Shown here: piece after piece, positions 9,563-17,427 of the stretch
Numbering within the stretch: the stretch's first letter is position 1
Layout: each line of letters opens with the position of its first letter
Made by a program: the position numbers and the translations under genes
The notes under the pieces: model-generated
Told to the model about the DNA's origin: nothing
Database searches by the model: none
What the model saw: the letters and a program-made list of their open reading frames with translations, nothing else
NCBI GenBank assembly: GCA_040386535.1
Contig: JAZKFH010000003.1
Location: 160,001 to 224,000, forward strand
From: Myxococcota bacterium
GTDB taxonomy: Bacteria; Myxococcota_A; UBA796; SXON01
DNA length: 64,000 bases
Direction of reading: 5' to 3'

Positions 9563-10357
9563 CTAGAAAGCCGACTCGGGGATGTAGACGCGGTCGCTCG
9601 GGCGCAGCACGATGTCCGCCTCCTCGCCGCTCTGGATCCGCTTGAGGTTGACCGGGATGCGCTCGCTGCCGCGCATGATGTAGGCGGCGGTCTTCCGCGC
9701 GGTGCCGAGGGTGCTCCCCGCCTGGGTGATTGCCTGGGTGATCGTCATGCCGTCCCGGTAGGAGATGGCTCCCGGCTTCTGCACCTGCCCGTCGACGAAC
9801 ACGGACTCGACTTGCGGGATGTAGAGGCGGTCACCGGCGTGAAGCTCGATGTCGGCCGCCGCGTCACCTGCGTTGATGCGCTCGAGGTCGACCGGGATCT
9901 TGTTGGTCACTCCGGCCACATCTCGCATGATCCACGCGCGGGTCGCGCTGGCGTCCGTCAGGCCGCCGGCCCGCACGAGCACGTCGCTCACGGTGGTGCG
10001 CTCCTTCTCGAACGCGTAACTTTCGGGCTTGACCACGCCGCCGGTCACGTTGACCGTGCGGCTCCCGTACTTCTCGATGTTCAGGACGACCTGGGGGCGG
10101 ACCAGGACATGGTCCGCGAGGTGCGCGGTGATCGCCCGCTTCGCCTCGTCGACGGTCAGGCCGGCCACCGGCACGCGACCTCCGAGCGGGATGTCGATCG
10201 CGCCGTCCGGACCGACGCCGAACACGCCGCTCATGTCGGCCTCGCCCACGACGTCGAGCCGAAGCTCGTCACCCGGCCCGAGCGAGTAGCTCAACACGTC
10301 CGCCGAGGGGCTCGCTGCCGCGTGTGCCGCGAAGGCCATCAACAAGCAGAACCACAT
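9563..10357 (-). CDS. Short OPX/Wza-family polysaccharide export protein (Poly_export plus two SLBB, no C-terminal membrane helix)
   Basis: YSLGPGDELRLDV, DGAIDIPLGG, two SLBB repeats (VTGGVVKP, VDGQVQKPG), ends DRVYIPESAF. Confidence 0.9.
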   Translation of the reverse strand: MWFCLLMAFAAHAAASPSADVLSYSLGPGDELRLDVVGEADMSGVFGVGPDGAIDIPLGGRVPVAGLTVDEAKRAITAHLADHVLVRPQVVLNIEKYGSRTVNVTGGVVKPESYAFEKERTTVSDVLVRAGGLTDASATRAWIMRDVAGVTNKIPVDLERINAGDAAADIELHAGDRLYIPQVESVFVDGQVQKPGAISYRDGMTITQAITQAGSTLGTARKTAAYIMRGSERIPVNLKRIQSGEEADIVLRPSDRVYIPESAF

Positions 10358-10448
10358 CAACGACTCCCGAAGCCGGCTCTACGATAGCACCACTGTCGCG
10401 CATCGACACATCTCGCGGAGCTGGATCGGGGCCTGGGACGGTCATCGT

Positions 10449-11837
10449 TCAGTAAGTAAACGTCACGCCCAGCTGTCCCCAGAAGTCGTCGTACTGCGTA
10501 GGGTAGAACGCCCCGTTCTCACAGGCCGGATCCAGGCAGGCCCGCTCGTTCCAACCGGCGGAGACGCCGGCCGACAGCGCGTCGTTGAAGTTCCAGGCGC
10601 CACCCAGCTTCACGCCCACGTTCTGGTCGTCACGGGCGATCTCGCCGTGGAACGCGTCGATGCGGTACGTGACCTCACCCGTGAGGCCGAGGCGCGTGAT
10701 GACGAGCCCCTCGTAGCGCAAGAAGAGGTAGTTGTACGCCACGTAGTTGGTGAAGAACGCGTCCTGGAAGTCCTTGCGGTACCCGAAGGTGACCTTGTGG
10801 TTCCGGAGCGGCGCGTACGCCATCTGGGCATTGACCAGGAAGCCCTCGCTGAACGACGTGAGGTCGCGCGCGAAGTTCTCCTCACCGACGAGGTCGATCT
10901 CCTGGCTGCTCCCGGGGAGGCTGCCGGCGTCCGCCAGGACGGTCTCCTCGTCGTAGTACATCTGGCCGTACCCGACCTCGACCCCCGCCGCGAGCTTGGG
11001 GGTGAACTGGCCGCGCACGCCCCACGAGGTCCGCCAGGCCACCGCGTTGGGCTTGCCGAGGTACTCGCCGTAGTTCACGCCGTCCGACTCGGGGCCGACG
11101 GCGATGATGAGGTTGTTGTCCCAACGGGTCCAGTTGACGGACGCGGTGCCGGTCAACGAGGTTTTCGGTAGGAACTTCCAACGTGCGTTCACAACGGGGC
11201 CGTAGTTGGTCCGGTTGTTGATGTTGGCCTCACCGACACCCTCGACGAGATCTTCCGGCAGCGTGTACCGATCCAGCCCGATGTTGCCGAGGACATCGAA
11301 CTCCAGCGCCGAACCGGGGCGGAGCGTGACACCGCCGTTGGTGTCGTTGGAGATGTGCACCATCAACGAGCTGCCGGTCGTTGTCGGGAGCTCACCGGGC
11401 TGGTTTTGCACCTCGAAGCGATCGTCCAGCCGGAATCCGACGGCGCTCTTGGGAAGCGCCATCAAACCAAACGTAGCATTGAAGTTGGTGAACTGGTCAG
11501 CGTTGTCCGGATGGATGTCATCGTTGGGCTGGAAGTCGAAGAACTTCTTGAGGCCCCAACCGGCGCCGAAGTCGAGCTTGACCTTCTCCCCGTCGAACGC
11601 CAACTCCAGCTCGGGCCGGAGCACCCAGGACAACGCGCCGAACACCGGCTGGTCCCGCCCATCCGCCAGGTAGATGTTGGAGTGGTACTCGAACCCCGTC
11701 ATCACGGAGGGTGTGAGGACTCCACCGTCACCCACGCGGACATGGTCCCCCGGCGCGGCTACGGCGGCCGGCGCGAGGCCGACTACAACCAGCGCCGCTA
11801 CGGCTCTGACCCATCCTCGAGTTGTCTGACGCAGCAT
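10449..11837 (-). CDS. Outer-membrane beta-barrel, probable OPX-partner type (EpsX/Wzp-like)
   Basis: Signal peptide; FEYHSNIY near N-terminus; alternating aromatic strands; C-terminal beta-signal GQLGVTFTY; adjacent to short OPX. Confidence 0.78.
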   Translation of the reverse strand: MLRQTTRGWVRAVAALVVVGLAPAAVAAPGDHVRVGDGGVLTPSVMTGFEYHSNIYLADGRDQPVFGALSWVLRPELELAFDGEKVKLDFGAGWGLKKFFDFQPNDDIHPDNADQFTNFNATFGLMALPKSAVGFRLDDRFEVQNQPGELPTTTGSSLMVHISNDTNGGVTLRPGSALEFDVLGNIGLDRYTLPEDLVEGVGEANINNRTNYGPVVNARWKFLPKTSLTGTASVNWTRWDNNLIIAVGPESDGVNYGEYLGKPNAVAWRTSWGVRGQFTPKLAAGVEVGYGQMYYDEETVLADAGSLPGSSQEIDLVGEENFARDLTSFSEGFLVNAQMAYAPLRNHKVTFGYRKDFQDAFFTNYVAYNYLFLRYEGLVITRLGLTGEVTYRIDAFHGEIARDDQNVGVKLGGAWNFNDALSAGVSAGWNERACLDPACENGAFYPTQYDDFWGQLGVTFTY

Positions 11838-11953
11838 CCCTTCCCGCCTCTACACAGCACGTTCATCGACGCTACGCCGACAACCCGAACCAGCAATTCG
11901 AACATGTCCCATCCTGATGCGGCCGGCAAGGCCCCGCGCCTTACGGCACTGCT

Positions 11954-12493
11954 TCACCGGGGGGTGCTATCGGGCCCGTCGAGGGGCACCTCGATCTCGG
12001 GGATGTCGGAGTCGGCATCGATCGTATTCTCGCCGTTGTCCGTGACCGTGGAGGAAGCGTCACCGCGGTCCACACCGGTGTCCCCGACACAAGCCTGGGC
12101 CTCCGCGAGAAACTCGCGTGCCTTGGTAAGGGCAACCGCAACCTTGCGGAACTCCTGGTCGGCGTGGACCGTGTCGTTGGATGCCAAGGAGAGTCTCATT
12201 GTGTTCGCCGACTGACGGGACACCTCCAGGAGGGCGCGCAGCGGCGTCAACTTCCGGGTGAGACACTCGATCTCCTCGACGTTCTTCTCCTTCTCCGCGG
12301 CGGTCAGGAGCGCCTCCACCGTCTTCACGGAGTCCTCGATCTCGGCGAGGGCCGCGTCGGTGAACTGGGTCTTCTCCTTCGGCGAGGTGGTGGAGGACTG
12401 CTCCAGCTCACCGGTGATGCCGGGCGTCTGCGCGAAAGCAGGGGCCGCGAGCAGCAACCCCATGACACCGAGGAGAGAGGCGAACTGGCGCAT
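11954..12493 (-). CDS. Secreted helical hypothetical protein with two Cys
   Basis: ATG 12493; signal peptide ending AFA; helical core (EIECLTRKL...AEAQACVG); acidic tail. Confidence 0.75.
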   Translation of the reverse strand: MRQFASLLGVMGLLLAAPAFAQTPGITGELEQSSTTSPKEKTQFTDAALAEIEDSVKTVEALLTAAEKEKNVEEIECLTRKLTPLRALLEVSRQSANTMRLSLASNDTVHADQEFRKVAVALTKAREFLAEAQACVGDTGVDRGDASSTVTDNGENTIDADSDIPEIEVPLDGPDSTPR

Positions 12494-12569
12494 GACGGGC
12501 TCCGAGGAAGCGTAGAGCGTGACTATACCCCCTCGCGAGCGGCCCCGCCCGCAAATGCCAGCCGGCCGA

Positions 12570-13916
12570 CTACTGGCCGGACACGACCCAGGGGAACTCC
12601 TGAACCTCGGCGGTGAGCGTCTCGTCGAAGCGGAACATGCGGACCGCGCCCACGATGCACTGACCAAGCTTGGCATCGCCGGTCGAATTCTTGACGAGAT
12701 GCGACTCGGTCACCTTTCCGGCGTTGATGGTCCAACCGACGGACACACGACCGTTCACGGACGGGTTGGCCTTGAGCGACGACTCGAGGCACGTCTGGAT
12801 GCGGCCCTGGCTCTTCTTGACGACGCTCGCGATGTTGCCGGCGTCACCGGATTCCACGTCCGCGTCCGCCGTGCCAACGTCGATCTTCGCCTTGACGGCC
12901 ACCTTCACTGTGCCGGTCCCCACGGTGCCGTTGCCACCGCTCGCGTTCCCGACGCCGACCGTGGCGTCCGTGCTGTTGCCCTTGCCACCGGACTTGGCGC
13001 CCCCGACATTGCCGGCGTCCGCCTGCTCCACGCCGGACACCCCGGCGAGCGCGCGGTCGAGGCCCGCCATGGCGGCGCCATCGTCCCCCAGGATGTCGGC
13101 CACCACGTCGGAGCCGTTCGCGTTGCCCGACGTGCCGATCATCTGGAGCAGCAGCGACTTCTTGGCAACCGAATCCTTGCTCGGCGGCGAGGGCGTGTCG
13201 GGGCTGTTGTCCGCCGCGGGCTTCTTCTCGGCGGGCTTGTCCGCCTTCTCCTCGGGCTTCACGCCCTCATCGCCAGGGACCGGAACGTCCTGGACCAGCT
13301 CGACCGCCTCGATCTTCCGCTCGACCACGAGGGTCAGGGCGTCCTTCAGGGCGTCGAGGTCGACGTACTCGCGCGGCGGCGTGGTGTAGACCCACGCCAT
13401 GAACGCGGCGGCCACGAGCGAGAAGACGCCGAGGAGGCCGTGGAAGAGCGGATCGTCCTCGTCGAGGAGGCGCGGCCGGAAGTCGGCGGCCGTGACGGCG
13501 CGGACGGGCTCGGGGGGCGCGGGAACGAACTGGAACAGGATGGTGGACGAGCCGATCGTCACCTTCCCGCGCACGTTCTCGTTGAGCTGGTAGAAGTAGA
13601 GGTCACCCTTCTTGACGGCCTCGCCGCGCTGCCGGATCTCGTCCAGGCCACGGATGCCGTCCTTCCACGAGATCTTCCCCTCCACCCAGTCGGGCACGGA
13701 CAACACGTAGCTGTCGCCCTTGGCGATGAAGAGCTCGAACCGGGGCGGGAGCTTGGTGCCGGTGAGCACGAAGCTGTTCCGCGGGTTCTCGCCGATCGTC
13801 ACGGTCTCGCCGATCTTCAGGACCTTCTCCTGAACGATCTTCTGGTCCTGCGCCATCCCGATCCGGAGGACCTTGGGGAGCGGCTTCTGGGAGGTCTGGG
13901 GGGCCGTGGCGCTCAT
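12570..13916 (-). CDS. GltG/PglI-like protein (FHA-like N-terminus, TM, TonB-like AgmX/PglI C-terminal domain)
   Basis: VTIGENPRNSF, RGKVTIGSSTILFQFV, one TM, Gly-rich linker, IQTCLE..LKANPSVNGRV..CIV..FRF. Confidence 0.85.
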   Translation of the reverse strand: MSATAPQTSQKPLPKVLRIGMAQDQKIVQEKVLKIGETVTIGENPRNSFVLTGTKLPPRFELFIAKGDSYVLSVPDWVEGKISWKDGIRGLDEIRQRGEAVKKGDLYFYQLNENVRGKVTIGSSTILFQFVPAPPEPVRAVTAADFRPRLLDEDDPLFHGLLGVFSLVAAAFMAWVYTTPPREYVDLDALKDALTLVVERKIEAVELVQDVPVPGDEGVKPEEKADKPAEKKPAADNSPDTPSPPSKDSVAKKSLLLQMIGTSGNANGSDVVADILGDDGAAMAGLDRALAGVSGVEQADAGNVGGAKSGGKGNSTDATVGVGNASGGNGTVGTGTVKVAVKAKIDVGTADADVESGDAGNIASVVKKSQGRIQTCLESSLKANPSVNGRVSVGWTINAGKVTESHLVKNSTGDAKLGQCIVGAVRMFRFDETLTAEVQEFPWVVSGQ

Positions 13917-14033
13917 GGGAGGCCTCTGGGGGTGGGAAGTACGGACAACGGCCAGCGTCGTGGGTTCACACGAATGTCGCACCGGAGCTCGCCCGCGGGT
14001 TCGACCCCGACTTCGAGCACTCGGGGCCGTTCA

Positions 14034-14540
14034 TTAGCCGGAGTCGTTGATGACGACAAAGCGGAACTGGCCGAACCCTGCCTGTCCTGCCGTGTAGAGT
14101 AGCTCTCCCAGCACCGAAAACGGAACGGCCCGGTCGCACTGTACCGACAGGAGCGGGTTCGCCGCCTCTTGTTGCCCTTGCATCGGACTTACGCGCGCCA
14201 GGTTTCCGGCGTCGACGAGGCGCTCGTGGAGCGCGTCCACCGTGCGCCCGGTGCGCGCGGTGCCCGCCGGGAGCGTGCCGTCGGCGAGGCGCAGGACCTC
14301 CACACCGTTCACCGATACCCGATCGGGGGTCACCGTGAGGACGACCCCCTGCTCCACCGCCTGCGTCACGCCGGCGGACGGGAGGGAGACATCCTGATCG
14401 GACTCGTTCGCAGGATCGAGGAGATTCAGGAGGAAGACGAGGATGATGGTGAACATGTCCATCATCGACGTCAGCATGAACGGGGCGCTCGTCGGGATCC
14501 GGTTCTTGCGCGCCGAGAGCCGAAGACGGCCGCGGCTCAC
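14034..14540 (-). CDS. ExbD/TolR family protein (AglS-like)
   Basis: LTSMMDMFTIILVFLL with conserved Asp; QCDRAVPFSVL..YTAGQAGF; GTGA overlap. Confidence 0.88.
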   Translation of the reverse strand: MSRGRLRLSARKNRIPTSAPFMLTSMMDMFTIILVFLLNLLDPANESDQDVSLPSAGVTQAVEQGVVLTVTPDRVSVNGVEVLRLADGTLPAGTARTGRTVDALHERLVDAGNLARVSPMQGQQEAANPLLSVQCDRAVPFSVLGELLYTAGQAGFGQFRFVVINDSG

Positions 14541-15022
14541 GGAGCCCCCGCGGCGATGAGCGGCGTCGGGAACAGCGGCTCGCCACCGTCCGCGCGGGCT
14601 CGGCTCGCCTCCATCACGCGCACGAGGACGTCATAGGGGACGGTCGGCCCCGGAGCGAGGACCACGCGGTTCTCGGTCGGGTGGAGGCGCTTCGCGGAGA
14701 TCAGGGAGCGGTTCAGCGAAGCGTAGTCGTAGGTGTCCGGCGTGCACGCGCCGATGCATGGGATGCGCGGATCCGCCGCGTCGCTCCCGCCGACGACGAA
14801 GCCCTCGGGCGTGATGACGACCGAGACCACCCGCTTCTCCTGCTCCATGAACGCTTCTGTCGACGGGGCCGGGGACGACGGCAGGACCGGCCCTTGTGCC
14901 GGCATCTGCGAGAGCGACACGAAGCGGACGGACAGGAGCAACATCGGGATGAGGTGCACGATGAGGCTCATCACGGGGATGACGTCCAGCTCGGAGGTTT
15001 CCTCGACCCGACGGCGCGCCAC
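14537..15022 (-). CDS. ExbD/TolR family protein lacking the conserved TM Asp
   Basis: GTG 15022; ELDVIPVMSLIVHLIPMLLL TM; VPYDVLVRVMEASR and LFP C-terminal motifs. Confidence 0.82.
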   Translation of the reverse strand: MARRRVEETSELDVIPVMSLIVHLIPMLLLSVRFVSLSQMPAQGPVLPSSPAPSTEAFMEQEKRVVSVVITPEGFVVGGSDAADPRIPCIGACTPDTYDYASLNRSLISAKRLHPTENRVVLAPGPTVPYDVLVRVMEASRARADGGEPLFPTPLIAAGAP

Positions 15023-15030
15023 CCCGGCGC

Positions 15031-15705
15031 CTACGTGTGGAACGGAAGGACCGGCGCCCCGCCGCCCTGCCCCGTGCCGCGTTGCCGCGTCGCATTGAGC
15101 AGGTTCACGAGCTTCACCGCGTGGTGGTCGAGCTCCTCGAGCACGGCGTTGGCCCGCGCCGCGATGAATCCGTGCGCCAGGAGCAGCGGGATCGACACGA
15201 GCAGCCCGAAGAAGGTCGTGTACATCGCGACCGCGATGCCCTCGGCGAGCGCGGTCGACTTCGCCGCCGCGGTGGCCTCGCTCACGGCGTGAAACGACAG
15301 GATCAACCCCTGGATCGTGCCGAGGAGGCCGAGCAGGGTGGAGACGTTGGCAAACATCGGCAGGTACCCGATGCGGCGGCTCACCATCGGGAAGATCTCG
15401 AGCTGCTCCTCCTCGATGGCGTCGCGAATCTCGGCCTCGGGACGCGACGCGCGGACGAGCCCCGCCTTGAGCACCCGCGGCAGGGCCGCGCTGGGCTCGG
15501 AGTTGCAGAGCCGCACCGCCTGATCGACGTTTCCGTCGAGCACCGCGCGCTGCACCTGCGCCATGAACGCGGGGGCGTTGATGCCGGCCCGGTAGAACAC
15601 GTAGAAGAGCCGCTCGAGCGCCACCGACAAGCCCACCACGGCGACGAACAGGATGGGCCACATGAAGAACCCGCCTTCCCGCATCGCGTCGGCAATCACA
15701 CTCAC
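15031..15705 (-). CDS. MotA/TolQ/ExbB proton channel (AglR-like)
   Basis: GTG 15705 after GGGAGG; EGGFFMWPI, TLLGLLGTIQGLI, GIAVAMYTTFFGL. Confidence 0.92.
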   Translation of the reverse strand: MSVIADAMREGGFFMWPILFVAVVGLSVALERLFYVFYRAGINAPAFMAQVQRAVLDGNVDQAVRLCNSEPSAALPRVLKAGLVRASRPEAEIRDAIEEEQLEIFPMVSRRIGYLPMFANVSTLLGLLGTIQGLILSFHAVSEATAAAKSTALAEGIAVAMYTTFFGLLVSIPLLLAHGFIAARANAVLEELDHHAVKLVNLLNATRQRGTGQGGGAPVLPFHT

Positions 15706-15763
15706 GCGCGCCTCCCTTTGGATCCCCGAGCACAATCGCGATCGCGGATTGCTGCGAACACGG

Positions 15764-15991
15764 TCAGAACGGCTTCGAGTCCACCGACTGCACGATCTTG
15801 GGGAGGAAGCTCTCCTTCAGCTCGAGCTCGTACTTGGGCGTCAGGTTCTGCTTGGTGATGAGGATCTGGATCTCGGGCTTCTGGATCTTGCCGATGACCG
15901 TCTGTTCCTCGAACGTGATCGCTCGCTCGGCATGCGCCGCCGTGGGCGCGAGCACCAGGGCGAGGATCATCAGGCTGCGGAAGCGGTTCAT
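15764..15991 (-). CDS. GltF/CglF-like small secreted protein
   Basis: Signal peptide then ITFEEQTVIGKIQKPE...ESFLPKIVQSV; position between TPR lipoprotein and motor genes. Confidence 0.78.
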   Translation of the reverse strand: MNRFRSLMILALVLAPTAAHAERAITFEEQTVIGKIQKPEIQILITKQNLTPKYELELKESFLPKIVQSVDSKPF

Positions 15992-15993
15992 GA

Positions 15994-17427
15994 TCAACCT
16001 CCCCAAGGATCTTGGCTGCCGTCCGGCGAAGGAGCGGGCTGTGGGACGGGCGTCGGGGCCGCGTCGGGGGCCGGAGCAGGCGCTCCCGAACCGTCGGGAG
16101 CAGGCGCACCATCCGGCGTCGGAGCGACAGGCTGCTCGTCCGGCTGTTGGCGCTCCGCGGCTTCCTTTTTCTGGCGCTCGTCGTCGCGACGGCGCTTGTC
16201 CTCGGCGCGCTTCTGCTCCTTCTTGACGGACGCCACCCAGGCGTCGATCTCGTCCGCGGGCTTGCCCCCGGCGCGACGGTAGTCCTCGATGGATTGAAGC
16301 GCTGCATCGTACGCTTTCATGTAATCACCATAGAGGACCCCGAGGTTCCTGTACGGCTCCGGATCGGCCGGCGACAGGCGGAGTGCCTCCAGGTAGGCCT
16401 TCTTGGCGTCCTCGAAGCGACCCTCTCCGCGGTACGCGATGCCGAGGTTCAGCTGGACGCCCCCGTCCTTCGGCGCGATGCGCGCCGCGCGCTCGAGCAG
16501 CGGGGTGGCGTCGTTCCAGCTGCGGTTGTCCATGTAGTACCCGGCCAGGTACAAGAGCGCCGGGAGCTGGTACGGGTCGAGCTCCAGCGCCTTCTGGAAG
16601 CTCTGGAGCGCGTCGCCCGTGTAATCGAGGCGGTAGTAGACCTCGCCCAACACCGCGTACAGGGGCGCGTTGCCCTTTGCGCCGTCGATGTCGTTCTGCG
16701 CTTTCTGGAGCGTGAACCGCGCGAGATCGAACTGCTTCGTGTCCAGGTAGACCAGCGCGAGCTCGTTGTAGACCGGAATGGCCTTGCTGTTGATCCCGAG
16801 CGCCGCCTTGGCCTCGGCGATCGCCTCGTCGTAGCGCTTGAGCTGGCGCAGGCCGGAGATCGTCGCGGTCCGGAGCTCGATGCTCTCGGGCGCGTAGCGG
16901 GCCCCCGCCTGGAAGCTCGCGAGCGCGAGATCCGCGCGCCCGGCGGCCATGGACAACACACCGAGGTTCAGCCACGCCTTCGCAAAGGTGGGGTCGACCT
17001 CGGTAGTGCGGGTCCACGCGCGGCGGGCCTCGGGCTCCTGGCCGAGACGCTGGTGGGCGACACCGATGTTGTAGTGGATCGCCGCCACGTCCGGGTTCTC
17101 CACCACTTCGGCCTGGAGGATCTCGAGCGCCCGCCGGGCGCGACTCTCGTCCTCCGAGGTGAGGTGGGACACGGCGTCGTCCACCTTCCGCTTCACGCCG
17201 TCCTTGCGGGACTCCATGGGCGGGGCGGCGGCGGTGCCCGAGGTGGCAGAGGGATCGGCACCTGCGGCCGGCTCTGTGGGCGCCGACGGCGCGGGCATGT
17301 TCGACGCCGGGGCGGTCCCCGAAGGTGCGGTCTCCACGGGGGCCGTCGGATCGACCGACGCGGTGGAGACGGGTGCCTTCGGCACGCAGCCCACGAGCAA
17401 GGCGAGGAGGACGAGGCGCGAGGTCAT
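15994..17427 (-). CDS. TPR lipoprotein, GltE/AglT-like
   Basis: LLVGC lipobox; multiple TPRs (HYNIGV, WLNLGV, LNLGIAY, YRNLGVLY); coiled-coil and Pro-rich tail. Confidence 0.82.
   Translation of the reverse strand: MTSRLVLLALLVGCVPKAPVSTASVDPTAPVETAPSGTAPASNMPAPSAPTEPAAGADPSATSGTAAAPPMESRKDGVKRKVDDAVSHLTSEDESRARRALEILQAEVVENPDVAAIHYNIGVAHQRLGQEPEARRAWTRTTEVDPTFAKAWLNLGVLSMAAGRADLALASFQAGARYAPESIELRTATISGLRQLKRYDEAIAEAKAALGINSKAIPVYNELALVYLDTKQFDLARFTLQKAQNDIDGAKGNAPLYAVLGEVYYRLDYTGDALQSFQKALELDPYQLPALLYLAGYYMDNRSWNDATPLLERAARIAPKDGGVQLNLGIAYRGEGRFEDAKKAYLEALRLSPADPEPYRNLGVLYGDYMKAYDAALQSIEDYRRAGGKPADEIDAWVASVKKEQKRAEDKRRRDDERQKKEAAERQQPDEQPVAPTPDGAPAPDGSGAPAPAPDAAPTPVPQPAPSPDGSQDPWGG

Noticed and set aside
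14537..15733. 398-aa ORF suggesting an extended ExbD
   Set aside because: The upstream part overlaps the MotA/ExbB gene in another frame; the ExbD motif begins at GTG 15022
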